NCBI GenBank assembly: GCA_963801355.1
Contig: CAWDEM010000008.1
Location: 2,368,001-2,432,000 of the forward strand
Source of the DNA: Ignavibacteriota bacterium
GTDB taxonomy: Bacteria > Bacteroidota > Ignavibacteria > UBA10030 > UBA6906
Direction: 5' to 3'
DNA length: 64,000 nucleotides
Below the pieces are notes generated by a model. That model made no database searches, had not been told where the DNA came from, and worked only from the letters and a program-made list of their open reading frames with translations. Position 1 is the stretch's first letter; the number at the start of each line of letters is the position of its first letter. The position numbers and the translations under genes are program-made. Of the stretch, positions 32,698 through 43,426 are shown piece after piece.

Positions 32698-34187
32698 TTA
32701 TCGTAGTTGTCAATCTGGGCGCGCTGCAATCCGCCGCTGTAATCGATGTAGACGGTCTTCCACTCGGAGAAGAAATCGTAGACCGTCCACCCGCCTTCAC
32801 GGTGACCGTTGCCCGTTTGCTTGACTCCGCCGAACGGCATATGGGCCTCGGCTCCGATCGTCGGTGCATTGATGTATGTAATGCCGGCCTTGATATCACG
32901 AATGGCCGTGTAGGCATCGTTGATGTTTGTGGTGTAGACTGATGAGGAGAGGCCGTAGATCGTGTCATTCATCACATGGATCCCCTCGTCGAGCGAGCGC
33001 ACCTTGAGAACCGAGAGCACCGGCCCGAAAATCTCTTCCTTTGCGATCCGGTGATGGGGCTGCACGTCCACAAATATCGTCGGCTCGTGGAACCATCCGC
33101 CGGCGAGGGCGGGATCCCCTGGGACGCCGCCGCCGAACGCAAGCCTCGCACCTTCCTGCAGACCTATCTGCACGTAGCTCTTGACGGTGTCCTGCTGTCC
33201 CTGGTTCACGCAGGGACCCACATCGACGCCTTCCAGGAGGCCATTCCCCAGTTTCAGCTTCGCCACGCGTGTGACGAGCATCTCCATGAAGGTATCATAG
33301 ATGTTCTCGTGGAGCACCAGACGGCTCGTCGCCGTGCAGCGCTGCCCCGTCGTCCCGAAGGCGCCCCAGACCACTCCGTCGAGCGCAAGGGCCAGGTCCG
33401 CATCGGGCATCACCAGCTGGGCGTTTTTTCCGCCGAGTTCCAACGAGACACGCTTCAATGTCGACGCCGCAACTTCGGAGATCTTTTTCCCCACCGCCGT
33501 CGAGCCGGTGAAGCTGACAAGATCTACATCCGGATGGCCGACAATCCCCATACCGACTTCCCCACCGCCGCCATGCACGATATTGATCACCCCTTCGGGG
33601 ACGCCCGCGTCCAGAAGGATCTCCACAAGCGATGTCGCTGTGGCGGGAGTGTCCGATGCCGGCTTGAACACCACCGTGTTGCCGCAGAGCAGTGCAGGGA
33701 AGATCTTCCACGTGGGAATGGCCATCGGAAAGTTCCACGGGGTCACCACCCCCGCAACGCCGATCGGGACACGCATCGCCATATTGAACTTGTTCGGCAA
33801 TTCAGACGGGACGGTATGCCCGAAGAGGCGGCGCCCTTCACTCGATGCGTAGTACGCCGTGTCGATCCCTTCCTGTACGTCACCGCGGGTCTCGGTGAGC
33901 ACCTTGCCCATTTCGCGGGTCATCTGACGCGCAAGTTCTTCCTTCCGGGCAACCATGAGATCGCCGACCCTGCGCATGATGTCGCCGCGCTTCGGAGCGG
34001 GAACCAGCCGCCACTTCTCAAACGCCGCCCTGGCAGACTTCACGGCCTCGTCGACATCTTCCTTGCCGGATTTGGGAAAGGCTCCGACAACCTCCTCCCA
34101 ATGTGCGGGATTGCGGTTCTCAAAAGTTCTGCCCGATTTCGCATCCACCCACTTGCCGTTGATGAAATTCTGGAATTTCTTCGCCAT
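32694..34187 (-). CDS. NAD-dependent aldehyde dehydrogenase, probably alpha-aminoadipate semialdehyde/P6C dehydrogenase
   Basis: TPWNFP, FTGST, LELGGKN, catalytic GQRCT, EEIFGP; adjacent to lat (substrate inferred from context). Confidence 0.88.
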   Translation of the reverse strand: MAKKFQNFINGKWVDAKSGRTFENRNPAHWEEVVGAFPKSGKEDVDEAVKSARAAFEKWRLVPAPKRGDIMRRVGDLMVARKEELARQMTREMGKVLTETRGDVQEGIDTAYYASSEGRRLFGHTVPSELPNKFNMAMRVPIGVAGVVTPWNFPMAIPTWKIFPALLCGNTVVFKPASDTPATATSLVEILLDAGVPEGVINIVHGGGGEVGMGIVGHPDVDLVSFTGSTAVGKKISEVAASTLKRVSLELGGKNAQLVMPDADLALALDGVVWGAFGTTGQRCTATSRLVLHENIYDTFMEMLVTRVAKLKLGNGLLEGVDVGPCVNQGQQDTVKSYVQIGLQEGARLAFGGGVPGDPALAGGWFHEPTIFVDVQPHHRIAKEEIFGPVLSVLKVRSLDEGIHVMNDTIYGLSSSVYTTNINDAYTAIRDIKAGITYINAPTIGAEAHMPFGGVKQTGNGHREGGWTVYDFFSEWKTVYIDYSGGLQRAQIDNYDK

Positions 34188-34210
34188 GCTATCCTCGTGG
34201 TGTTCGATAC

Positions 34211-35506
34211 TCAGTCCAGACCCGCACGCGCAAAGAGATAGTCCACGTTGCGCATTGCGCGCTGAAGGTCAAACAACTCTTCCACTTCCGCCTGTGTCAG
34301 TGTTCCCATGACTTCCCGGGACTGGAGCAACAGCTCTTTGAAATCCTTCCCCTCTTGCCACACCTCCATGGCCGCTTTCTGCACGATCCGGTACGCATCC
34401 TCCCGCTTCATCCCTTTCGTCGTGAGGGCCAGGAGCACCGACTGCGAAAAAATCAGTCCGCGGGTGCGGTCGAGATTCTGCCGCATATGTTCCGGGTACA
34501 CGAGCAACTGGTCGAGCACTTCGGTCATCTCATGCACCATGTAGTCGAGAAGGATGCAACTGTCCGGCACGACGATCCTTTCGACGGACGAATGGGTGAT
34601 GTCACGCTCGTGCCACAATGCAACGTTTTCCATTGCAGCGAGCGCGTTGCCGCGCAACACACGCGCCAGCCCGGCGATCCGTTCGCAGGTGATGGGGTTG
34701 CGCTTGTGCGGCATGGCGGAGGAACCCTTCTGCCCCTTTGCGAAGTACTCTTCCGCTTCAAGCACCTCCGTCTTCTGCAAATGACGGATTTCCGTGGCAA
34801 ACTTTTCAAGGGATGCGCCGATCACCGCCAGCGTGGTCATGAATTCCGCATGGCGGTCGCGTTGCACCACCTGCGTCGAGATCGGTGCGGGCTTCAGCCC
34901 CAGCTTCTCGCAGACATACTCCTCAACCCTGGGGCTCAGGTGCTCGAATGTCCCGACCGCGCCCGAAACCTGGCCGACCGCGATGCGCTCAAGCGCCGAC
35001 GTCAGGCGGGCGATATTGCGCCGGGTTTCGTCGTACCAGAGCGCCAGCTTGAGCCCGAACGTGACCGGCTCGGCATGAACGCCGTGAGTCCGGCCCACCA
35101 TCACGGTCAGCTTGAATTCCCGTGCCCGCCGCGCAAGAACCTCTTCCAGGGCCCGTAGATCCTCCAGGAGCAGCTCGCCGGACTGCTTCATCTGCACAGC
35201 CAGGCACGTATCCAGCACATCCGATGAGGTCATGCCGAGATGAATGTAACGCGATTCCGGGCCGACGTACTCGCCGACATTGGTCAGGAACGCGATGACA
35301 TCGTGTTTCACCTCACGTTCAATATCCTCGATGCGCGGCACGTAGAATCGGGCCTTGTCGCGGATGACCTTCACCGCCTCGCGGGGAATGACCCCGAGTT
35401 CCGCCTGCGCTTCACACGCAAGAATTTCAATTTCCAACCAGATCCGGAACTTGTTTTCTTCGTCCCAGATGTTCCCCATCGCGGGGCGCGTATACCGTCG
35501 GATCAT
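34211..35506 (-). CDS. purB: Adenylosuccinate lyase
   Basis: [33 protein letters not shown]. Confidence 0.97.
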   Translation of the reverse strand: MIRRYTRPAMGNIWDEENKFRIWLEIEILACEAQAELGVIPREAVKVIRDKARFYVPRIEDIEREVKHDVIAFLTNVGEYVGPESRYIHLGMTSSDVLDTCLAVQMKQSGELLLEDLRALEEVLARRAREFKLTVMVGRTHGVHAEPVTFGLKLALWYDETRRNIARLTSALERIAVGQVSGAVGTFEHLSPRVEEYVCEKLGLKPAPISTQVVQRDRHAEFMTTLAVIGASLEKFATEIRHLQKTEVLEAEEYFAKGQKGSSAMPHKRNPITCERIAGLARVLRGNALAAMENVALWHERDITHSSVERIVVPDSCILLDYMVHEMTEVLDQLLVYPEHMRQNLDRTRGLIFSQSVLLALTTKGMKREDAYRIVQKAAMEVWQEGKDFKELLLQSREVMGTLTQAEVEELFDLQRAMRNVDYLFARAGLD

Positions 35507-36714
35507 AAGGTCCGTCTCTCCAGGGGAAGTGTGAGATCGATCATTTTGTGCTCACGCAACACCTGTACCCGGAGCGCGTCACCGGTCTTCGCCTCGTCAA
35601 CCACGGCAATCAGCGACGATTCGTCGTTGATCCGCTCGCCGTTGACCGAGAGGATAATGTCGCCGACGCGGAATCCGCCGCGCTCCGCCGGGCTGTTCTT
35701 CTTCACGTCGCTGACAATCACCCCCTGGACCTTCTCGAGGCCGAAATATCGCGCGATGCGCCGGTCGACCGCCTGTATCTCCAAGCCGGTCCAGAAATCA
35801 CGCTCGATCTTGCCTTTCTGCCGGAGTTCCGCAACAATGCTCTTCACGCGATTAATGGGAATGGCGAAGCCCAGACCAATGCTGCCCTGATTGGGAGTAT
35901 AGATCACCGCATTGACGCCGATGACTTCTCCCAGCGCGTTGAGGAGCGGTCCGCCGCTGTTGCCGGAATTGATTGCTGCATCCGTCTGAATCATGCCACG
36001 ATAGACCCGCCCTTCCTCAGCCTGCAGTTTTACCCCGGTGTTGCTCACCACTCCCACGGTGACAGTGGGCTTGTCGTTGATGTCGAAAAGACCGAACGGA
36101 TTGCCCATCGCGATCACCCATTCGCCGACGATCACATCGTCGGAGTTCCCGAGCTTCATGGCGGGCAGATTTTTCACGTCAATCTTCAGGAGCGCAATAT
36201 CGGAAATAAGATCCGTGCCGACCAGGGTGGCCTTGTGCTGCTGCCCGTTCGTGAGTGTGACGGTGATTTCTTTGGCGTTGCCCGCAACATGATCGTTGGT
36301 GAGAACATAACCATCGGAAGAAATAAGAAAGCCGGAACCGAGTCCCTGAACCCGTTGCGTGTACGTCTGGTCGCCGAAGAACTGGCGGAAGAACGGATCG
36401 TCGCCCCAGGGAGACCACTGGCGGTACTGACGGAGCTCGGTGACATTGATGCCCACGACCGCGGGACTGGCGAAAGAGACAGCGCGGGTAATGGCATTCC
36501 TGCGTCCGCCGGTGACCGTTTCAGCCACCGAATCCCGGAGAGCTGAGTCATCGCGTACCGCCTGTGCCCCGGTGAAGACCCCTTCCCCGCCCGGAGTCTG
36601 TCCGGCGGCAACCCCCGGTCCGGAGCCGGTGTGGCCGATACTGTATCCGATCAGACCCCCGCCGAGAAAAGGCACCAGAAGGATCAGCACGGTGATCAGG
36701 ATATTACGTTTCAT
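35503..36714 (-). CDS. HtrA/DegQ-like serine protease with one PDZ domain
   Basis: [31 protein letters not shown]; C-terminal PDZ. Confidence 0.93.
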   Translation of the reverse strand: MKRNILITVLILLVPFLGGGLIGYSIGHTGSGPGVAAGQTPGGEGVFTGAQAVRDDSALRDSVAETVTGGRRNAITRAVSFASPAVVGINVTELRQYRQWSPWGDDPFFRQFFGDQTYTQRVQGLGSGFLISSDGYVLTNDHVAGNAKEITVTLTNGQQHKATLVGTDLISDIALLKIDVKNLPAMKLGNSDDVIVGEWVIAMGNPFGLFDINDKPTVTVGVVSNTGVKLQAEEGRVYRGMIQTDAAINSGNSGGPLLNALGEVIGVNAVIYTPNQGSIGLGFAIPINRVKSIVAELRQKGKIERDFWTGLEIQAVDRRIARYFGLEKVQGVIVSDVKKNSPAERGGFRVGDIILSVNGERINDESSLIAVVDEAKTGDALRVQVLREHKMIDLTLPLERRTL

Positions 36715-37352
36715 CGCGTCCTCGTCTTGTCTTCGTCCGGATGCAATTTCTGCGTGAGAAAGTCCCTCACCGGTTCAATATGCCGCAGGAGAATCACACT
36801 CATGAGTGCGACGATGAACCAGCGGATAGTCCCGCTGCCGGCTCCGCATCCCGGGAGGTCGAATGCCACGGAGGGAACAATCGCCCCCGCTATCATGAGG
36901 AGTACCGACGCCACCGCATTGGCAGGGTTGATGCTCCTCAGGAGAGCAAAGGCTCCAGCCCAGAGGATCAGCCATGCGGGAAGGATCAGCCAGCAGACAA
37001 CCAGGGCGGCACCAGCCGCAGCGGCCAGTCCCCTCCCACCACGAAATCCGAGCCAGACCGGAAAGTTATGCCCGGCAACCGCACTCACACCGGCAAGTGC
37101 GGCGTACACCGCATTTCCCTCGGCAACCGCACCACCCAACAGCGCTGCACCCGCACCTTTCAGAAGATCTGCAATCAGCACACATACGCCGAGAGCCCAT
37201 GAGCGTGTGACCTGAAAGCTGTTCAGAGCCCCGACGTTGCCGCTGCCGGCGTTTCTGATGTCAATTCGTGATTTCCAGCGTACAAAAAGGTAGGCAGTCG
37301 GAATGGAACCCACGACATAGCCCAGGACGACAGACAGCGCAATTCGGCCCAC
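36711..37352 (-). CDS. plsY: Glycerol-3-phosphate acyltransferase PlsY
   Basis: [31 protein letters not shown]. Confidence 0.88.
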   Translation of the reverse strand: MGRIALSVVLGYVVGSIPTAYLFVRWKSRIDIRNAGSGNVGALNSFQVTRSWALGVCVLIADLLKGAGAALLGGAVAEGNAVYAALAGVSAVAGHNFPVWLGFRGGRGLAAAAGAALVVCWLILPAWLILWAGAFALLRSINPANAVASVLLMIAGAIVPSVAFDLPGCGAGSGTIRWFIVALMSVILLRHIEPVRDFLTQKLHPDEDKTRTR

Positions 37353-37380
37353 GCGACCTCATGAATCAGGGGTGCTTGAA

Positions 37381-37455
37381 CATAATGTACGAAAAGGGGG
37401 CAGGAGAGTCAATCTGAGCACTTTCCTTGCTATTCCTGATGGAATAGAGTATATT
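37381..37455. promoter_or_regulatory. Divergent promoters for the plsY operon and larB
   Basis: Minus TTGACT-N17-TACATT. Plus TTGCTA(37427-37432)-N17-TATATT(37450-37455). Confidence 0.55.
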
Positions 37456-37464
37456 TTTCGCGGC

Positions 37465-38220
37465 ATGAGCACTGTAACCCTACAAACCCTGCTCGCCCGC
37501 TACAAGAAGGGGACGCTGACCGAAGCGGAACTCCTCCGCAGCCTGCCTGAACACATGTTCGAGTCGCTGGGCTTTGCGACTGTGGACCATCACAGGGAAA
37601 TCCGCCAGGGCTTTCCAGAGGTCATCTTCTGTCAGGGCAAAACGCCCGATCAAGTCGCGCAGATCGCGCGGGCGATTGTCCGGCGCAAATGCATCCTCCT
37701 GGCAACCAGGGCGGATCGCAGTCACTACACGGCGGTGCACCGCATCATCCGGTCCGCACGGTACAACCCACAGGCACGGACGATTCTCGCGAATGCACAT
37801 CTGGTGAAACAGCGCGGAGAGGGAACCATATTGATCGTCACCGCGGGGACTTCGGACATCCCGGTGGCGGAGGAAGCGCGCGTGACCGCCGAGGCGCTGG
37901 GCAACACAACCGACCGGTTGTTTGATGTCGGTGTCGCGGGTATTCATCGCATCCTGATGCAGAGCGAGAAACTGCGAGCTGCGCGCATTATCATCGTCGT
38001 GGCCGGCATGGAGGGGGCGCTGGCGAGCGTTGTGGGGGGAATGGTCTCAGTGCCGGTGATCGCGGTGCCTACTTCTGTGGGATACGGGGCCAGCTTCCAC
38101 GGCCTTTCAGCGCTACTTGGCATGCTGAACTCATGCGCAGCAGGCGTCACCGTGGTGAATATCGACAACGGGTTCGGTGCGGGATATGCTGCAGCGCTGA
38201 TGAACAGAGCCCGGGATTGA
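37465..38220 (+). CDS. larB: LarB (NPN cofactor biosynthesis, AIR-carboxylase-like)
   Basis: [56 protein letters not shown]. Confidence 0.9.
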   Translation: MSTVTLQTLLARYKKGTLTEAELLRSLPEHMFESLGFATVDHHREIRQGFPEVIFCQGKTPDQVAQIARAIVRRKCILLATRADRSHYTAVHRIIRSARYNPQARTILANAHLVKQRGEGTILIVTAGTSDIPVAEEARVTAEALGNTTDRLFDVGVAGIHRILMQSEKLRAARIIIVVAGMEGALASVVGGMVSVPVIAVPTSVGYGASFHGLSALLGMLNSCAAGVTVVNIDNGFGAGYAAALMNRARD

Positions 38221-38297
38221 ATGCAACTCTCCGGTTTTCTATATTTTAGCGTCACGTGCTACTGGCCGTTCCATCCACAACTTCGCCCGACACGCAC

Positions 38298-40808
38298 ATG
38301 AAAGCCGTCATAATGGCAGGTGGTTTCGGGACGAGGCTTCGTCCCCTGACCTGTAACATTCCCAAGCCGATGGTGCCTCTCATGAATAAACCCATGATGC
38401 ATCATATCGTTTCCCTGCTGAAGCGCCACGGGCTTGGGGACATCATTGCCACGCTCTTCTACACTCCCGAGGTGATCACCAGCTATTTCGGCGACGGATC
38501 ACAGTTCGGCGTGAAGATGCATTATGTGCGGGCCGAAGCGGATTACGGCACCGCCGGCAGCGTCCGGAATGCCACCAAAGGAATGCACGAACGGATTATC
38601 ATCATCAGCGGCGATGTGCTCACGGATTTCGACCTCACAGCAGCGCTGCAGTATCACGAAGCGAAGAAAGCAAAAGCCACCATTGTCCTCACACATGCCG
38701 CCAACCCGCTCCAGTTCGGCGTCGTGATCACCGACGAGAACGGCAAGATTACGCGGTTCCTGGAAAAACCCTCCTGGGGCGAAGTGTTCAGTGACACGAT
38801 CAATACCGGGATCTATATCCTCGAACCCGAAGTGCTGGAGATGATTCCGTACCGTGAGGATTTTGATTTCAGCAAAGATCTCTTCCCGCTTCTCCTCCGG
38901 CAGGATGCCGGTCTCTACGGATGCACCGCCGACGGCTACTGGCGTGACGTCGGCAACCTGAACGAGTACCAGGATGCGCACATCGACGCGTTGAACGGCG
39001 GCGTCCGGATTGACATCCCGGGAGAACTCGTCGGTAACGCCTGGATCGGAGAAGGATCGCATCCGGTTCCCGCGTCTGTGCAGCTGAGCGGCAGAGTGGT
39101 CATCGGACGGAACTGCACGATCGGAGAAGGAGTGAAGATCGCCAACAGCGTCATCGGCGACAATTGTGTGATCGGCCCGGGGACGATCATCAGCAACTCG
39201 GTGGTATGGAGTGACGTGGTGCTCGGCCACAGCAGCGAACTGTCGGCCGACGTTGTGGGTTCGAAGTGCTCGATCGGCGAGAAGACCGTCATCGCCGAGA
39301 ATGTCTTCATCGGCGACGGCTGCTGGGTCGGCCGGGGTGCACGGCTCAGTGCCAACATCAAGTTGTGGCCGGAAAAAGTGGTTGAAGAAGGCGCGGTCCT
39401 GACCCGCAGCCTGGTATGGGAAGACAAGTGGCTGCGGGAGCTCTTCACCGATTCGCGTGTCACGGGATTGTCGAACATTGAGATGAACCCGGAGTTCGGC
39501 GCGAAGTTGGGCGCGGCGTACGGCGCGTTCATTGGTGCCGGCAAGACTGTGGTCACCTGCCGTGATGCGGACAACGTGTCGCGAATGATGAACCGCGCGC
39601 TCCTGTGCGGACTGGTCTCCGCCGGCGTGAACACCTTCGACCTGCGGGCGCTCTCGATTCCCCTGCTCCGGCATGAACTGAGCAGCGGCAAGGAAGCCGG
39701 CGGCATCCATGTGCGCCGCAATCCGTCCGACAAGAACCTCACAGATATCATTTTCTTCGATGCCAACGGCAAGGATTTGCCCACCAGCAGAACCAAGAAC
39801 GTCGAACGCCTCTTTTTCGGTGAGGACTTTGCGCGCGCCCCGCGGGAGAAAGTGGGCTCCATTTCCTTCCCCGAACGTACGACCGAGGCGTACAAGGAGA
39901 AGTTCCTCTCGTCATTGGAGGTCGACGCGATCAACCGGAAGAAGTTCAAGCTGGTGATCGATTATTCCAATGGCGTTGCGTCGACGATTTTCCCGATCAT
40001 CCTCAGCTCGTTCGACTGTCAGGTCGTTGCCCTGAACGCCCACCTGGATCCGAAAAGGCTCACACGCGACAAGTACGAGTTCGAATATTCCATGAAACAG
40101 CTGGCGCACATCGTGACATCACTGAAGTACGATCTCGGATGTCTTATCGACGGCGGCGGGGAGCGGCTGTTCCTGGTGAACGAAAACGGGGCGATGCTCG
40201 ACAGCGACCGGCTGCTGACCGTGGTGACGGACATGTTTCTGCAGACGCACGCCAACGTCGAAGGTATCGCCGTGCCGATCACCTCTTCAGGGGAGATCGA
40301 CATGATCGCGGCACGTTACGGCGTCAAGGTCGTGAAGACACGCAACAGCCACCTTGCCATGATGGAAGCGGCTTCCAACAAGAGCGTGCGGTTCATCGGC
40401 GGCACCAAGGGCGGATTCATCTTTTCGGATTTCTTCTTCGCCACCGACGCCATGTACAGCCTCGCCAAACTGCTGGAGATGATGGCGAAAGCCGATAAGC
40501 GTCTGGGCACCTTCGACGCGGAAATCCCGCGCCTCCACAATGCCCGGCGTGCGGTCAACTGTTCATGGGAACACAAGGGAAAAGTCATGCGCCACATCAT
40601 GGCCGACACCGAAGGAAAACGGCGCGACCTGGTTGACGGCATCAAAGTCTATTTTGAGAACCGCACAGAAGGACTGTCCGTACTCCTTATCCCCGACAAA
40701 GAACGTCCTCTCTTCCACATCAGCGCGGAAGCGGAGGATCAGCAGGCGGCGGACCGGCTGGTCCACCATTACGAACAAAAGGTCATCGCCTGGCGTGATG
40801 AACCATAG
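38298..40808 (+). CDS. Mannose-1-phosphate guanylyltransferase-like NTP transferase + LbH + phosphohexomutase-like fusion
   Basis: MAGGFGTRLRPLT..PKPM; hexapeptide repeats; PGM-fold C-half with degenerate motifs. Promoter TTGAAT-N17-TATATT at 38217-38245. Confidence 0.88.
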   Translation: MKAVIMAGGFGTRLRPLTCNIPKPMVPLMNKPMMHHIVSLLKRHGLGDIIATLFYTPEVITSYFGDGSQFGVKMHYVRAEADYGTAGSVRNATKGMHERIIIISGDVLTDFDLTAALQYHEAKKAKATIVLTHAANPLQFGVVITDENGKITRFLEKPSWGEVFSDTINTGIYILEPEVLEMIPYREDFDFSKDLFPLLLRQDAGLYGCTADGYWRDVGNLNEYQDAHIDALNGGVRIDIPGELVGNAWIGEGSHPVPASVQLSGRVVIGRNCTIGEGVKIANSVIGDNCVIGPGTIISNSVVWSDVVLGHSSELSADVVGSKCSIGEKTVIAENVFIGDGCWVGRGARLSANIKLWPEKVVEEGAVLTRSLVWEDKWLRELFTDSRVTGLSNIEMNPEFGAKLGAAYGAFIGAGKTVVTCRDADNVSRMMNRALLCGLVSAGVNTFDLRALSIPLLRHELSSGKEAGGIHVRRNPSDKNLTDIIFFDANGKDLPTSRTKNVERLFFGEDFARAPREKVGSISFPERTTEAYKEKFLSSLEVDAINRKKFKLVIDYSNGVASTIFPIILSSFDCQVVALNAHLDPKRLTRDKYEFEYSMKQLAHIVTSLKYDLGCLIDGGGERLFLVNENGAMLDSDRLLTVVTDMFLQTHANVEGIAVPITSSGEIDMIAARYGVKVVKTRNSHLAMMEAASNKSVRFIGGTKGGFIFSDFFFATDAMYSLAKLLEMMAKADKRLGTFDAEIPRLHNARRAVNCSWEHKGKVMRHIMADTEGKRRDLVDGIKVYFENRTEGLSVLLIPDKERPLFHISAEAEDQQAADRLVHHYEQKVIAWRDEP

Positions 40809-40823
40809 GAAAGTGCCAGCACA

Positions 40824-41294
40824 ATGAAAATCAGCGACATCCTTACCGAAGACCTCGTTATTGCCCGGCTGAAGGGGACTTCCAAGCAGGAAATTATCGA
40901 CGCGATGGTGGATCTCGTCGCGGCTTCCCCAAAAGTCCTCGACAAGGCAAAGGTCCGCGCAGCAATCTTTGAACGGGAAGAAATCATGTCCACCGGCGTC
41001 GGAAACGGATTCGCCATCCCGCACGGCAAGACAGACGCTGTCACAGACATCGTTGCGGGGTTCGCGGTGACCGAACGGGACATTGACTACGATTCGCTGG
41101 ACGAGAAACCCGTCCGGCTCGTCTTCCTGCTCGTCGGGAAAGATAATCTTGTCGGACCGCACATCAAATTGTTGAGCAGAATTTCTCGCCTGATGAACAA
41201 GGAGGAATTCCGCACGAAGCTCCTCGCCTCGAGCACTGCCCAGGAGATCCTTGACCTTTTCCGGCGCGAAGAAGCGACCTATTTTGAACTCTGA
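40824..41294 (+). CDS. PTS EIIA (Fru/Ntr-type) domain protein
   Basis: EREEIMSTGVGNGFAIPHGK (phospho-His); HIKLLSRISRL. Confidence 0.92.
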   Translation: MKISDILTEDLVIARLKGTSKQEIIDAMVDLVAASPKVLDKAKVRAAIFEREEIMSTGVGNGFAIPHGKTDAVTDIVAGFAVTERDIDYDSLDEKPVRLVFLLVGKDNLVGPHIKLLSRISRLMNKEEFRTKLLASSTAQEILDLFRREEATYFEL

Positions 41295-41301
41295 GGCACG
41301 C

Positions 41302-41727
41302 ATGCCCGCGCGCTCATCAGCGAAAGAACAGGTCGAACCCGAATACCGCCTCCTCATCGCCCCGCACGTCGCCGAGCGCACGCTCCGCAACGTGACACGC
41401 GTGATCCTCGAAACCACAAAGACCTTCGCCACGTTCTCGTACGAACTCTCTGTGGGGGAAGAAATCGACGACGGCTCCATTTCCCTCTCGGTCCTGGGCT
41501 TCAAAACCCCGCACCTCACGATGCCCGCACCCGGCCCCGCCCGCTTCCGGAAGGAGTACGAAGGTCTGCACGGCATGTACACCCTGGTCATTACAGGAAT
41601 CGACGGTCGGCAAAACAGTTTCTCCCTCCGGATCTCTCCCAAGAAAGTCGAACTACTCACATCACCGCGGAAATCGTTTGTCCAGATCGTCACCGATGCC
41701 TCACACTGGACGTCTCCCACTACTTGA
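41302..41727 (+). CDS. Hypothetical protein
   Basis: Fills the gap in an apparent operon; GAGG SD; GC3-biased codons. Confidence 0.7.
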   Translation: MPARSSAKEQVEPEYRLLIAPHVAERTLRNVTRVILETTKTFATFSYELSVGEEIDDGSISLSVLGFKTPHLTMPAPGPARFRKEYEGLHGMYTLVITGIDGRQNSFSLRISPKKVELLTSPRKSFVQIVTDASHWTSPTT

Positions 41728-41737
41728 GTGACATTTC

Positions 41738-42631
41738 ATGATTCCCATCCTCTTCCAGATCGGCCCTCTGCGCGTCTACAGCTACGGATTGATGCTCGGG
41801 ATCGCATTCCTCCTCGGGAGCTACATCCTCTCGCGGCATTTCAAGCGTCACAAGATCGACCCCGCTGCGGCCAACACGATTACCATCCTCGCGGTCATCT
41901 TCGGCATCGGGGGGGCAAAAATCCTGTACCTCATCGAGGATTGGAGCCATTTCGTGCGCGACCCCTGGGGAATGACCTTCTCCGCCGGAGGATTGACCTG
42001 GTATGGCGGCTTCCTCCTGGCGTTGCTTGTGGTGTCGCTCTATGTCCGCTCGAAACGAATACCCTTCCTGAAGGTCTGGGATGGTCTCGGCATTGCCCTC
42101 ATCCTCGCGTACGGCGTTGGACGCATCGGATGTCATCTGTCAGGGGACGGCGATTACGGCGGGCCGACACACCTACCGTGGGGAACCATCTATGTCCAGG
42201 GAACGGCAAAACCCGCTGTGATGCTGCAGGACTATTTTCTGCGTCATCCGGAAGAACGGGTCACCTGGCAGTATGATTCGCTTCGCGTCCTCATCGCCGG
42301 CAAAGACCGGATGGGCAACTACTACTCCCGTTTCGACGAGATCACACCGCTTCATCCGACGCCGATCTACGAGCTCCTCCTGGGGTGCGCGGGATTTGTC
42401 CTTCTCCTCTGGCTACGGGAACGGTTCACCGTTGACGGTATGCTCTTCATGGCGTACCTCATGCTCGCAAGCACGTTCCGGTTTCTTGTGGAGTTCCTCC
42501 GTTTGAATCCCCGCCTCTGGAACGGGCTCTCCGAGGCGCAACTCTTCAGCATCGTACTCTTCTTCATCGGGCTGGCCGGCCTGCTCATCCTTCGCCGCCG
42601 AACACCTCCACTCACCTCAGGAACGGGGTAG
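41738..42631 (+). CDS. lgt: Prolipoprotein diacylglyceryl transferase
   Basis: YSYGLM, GGLTWYGG, GRIGC, HPTPIYE, RFLVEFLR. Confidence 0.9.
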   Translation: MIPILFQIGPLRVYSYGLMLGIAFLLGSYILSRHFKRHKIDPAAANTITILAVIFGIGGAKILYLIEDWSHFVRDPWGMTFSAGGLTWYGGFLLALLVVSLYVRSKRIPFLKVWDGLGIALILAYGVGRIGCHLSGDGDYGGPTHLPWGTIYVQGTAKPAVMLQDYFLRHPEERVTWQYDSLRVLIAGKDRMGNYYSRFDEITPLHPTPIYELLLGCAGFVLLLWLRERFTVDGMLFMAYLMLASTFRFLVEFLRLNPRLWNGLSEAQLFSIVLFFIGLAGLLILRRRTPPLTSGTG

Positions 42632-42646
42632 GCCCCGCGGCACGCC

Positions 42647-43396
42647 ATGGCACAGATGCTGACCGGGCGAAAGCCCATCATCGAGGCCCTCCGATCGGGA
42701 AAGCCGATCGAACGTATCAGCATGTTGCAGGGGATCCGGGGTGACGTGATCGATGAGATCCGGCGCCTGGCCGACCAGCATGGTGTCCCCCTGACGGAAA
42801 TCGACAAACAGTCGTTCCGGCAGCTGGCTGTCGATGCGACAACCCAGGGAGTCATTGCATTCGTGCCTGCACGTCCCGCCGCCAACCTGGAGTATGTGCT
42901 TGCGTCACTCGCCGAGCAACAGCAGATCGGGTTTGTGCTCATCCTCGACCAGATCGAAGATCCGCAGAACCTGGGAGCGCTCATCCGCACGGCAGAGTGT
43001 GCGGGCGTCCATTGCGTGATCATCCCGAAGCACCATGCTGCCGGCATCACCACAGCAGTCGTCAAGGCCTCCGCCGGGGCGACCGAGCACATACCCGTGA
43101 CAGAAGTGACCAATATCGTGTCGACCGTCGAACGATTGAAGGAAGCCGGATTTTGGATTGTCGGTCTTGCGGGCGAGGGAGAGAAGACATTCAACGAGCC
43201 GGACTACACTGTGCCGATCGTGCTGGTGGTGGGTGGCGAAGGGCGTGGCATCAGACGCCTGGTGAAGGAGCACTGTGACCACCTCGTGCGGATCCCGCTC
43301 TTCGGAAAGATCGAATCGCTGAATGCTTCCGTCGCCGGCGCTCTGTGCATGTACGAAGTCGTCCGTCAGAGGACCAGAGCGATTCTCAGGGCCTGA
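42647..43396 (+). CDS. rlmB: 23S rRNA G2251 2'-O-methyltransferase (SpoU/TrmH)
   Basis: DPQNLGALIRTA, KASAGA, GGEGRG, ESLNASVA. Confidence 0.92.
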   Translation: MAQMLTGRKPIIEALRSGKPIERISMLQGIRGDVIDEIRRLADQHGVPLTEIDKQSFRQLAVDATTQGVIAFVPARPAANLEYVLASLAEQQQIGFVLILDQIEDPQNLGALIRTAECAGVHCVIIPKHHAAGITTAVVKASAGATEHIPVTEVTNIVSTVERLKEAGFWIVGLAGEGEKTFNEPDYTVPIVLVVGGEGRGIRRLVKEHCDHLVRIPLFGKIESLNASVAGALCMYEVVRQRTRAILRA

Positions 43397-43426
43397 ATGC
43401 CGTGACGTGAACCCCGCACACCGTCC

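Noticed and set aside
32555-32968. 137-aa minus-strand ORF spanning the ALDH-lat gap
   Set aside because: Mostly overlaps the ALDH out of frame, has low-information composition and no SD
32976-34241. 421-aa plus-strand ORF, and similar long ORFs at 4248..5426, 21691..22833, 38499..39710, 40563..41720, 47893..49194 and 50656..51663
   Set aside because: They lie antisense to well-supported genes; long stop-free shadow frames are expected from GC3-biased coding, and they show no recognisable motifs
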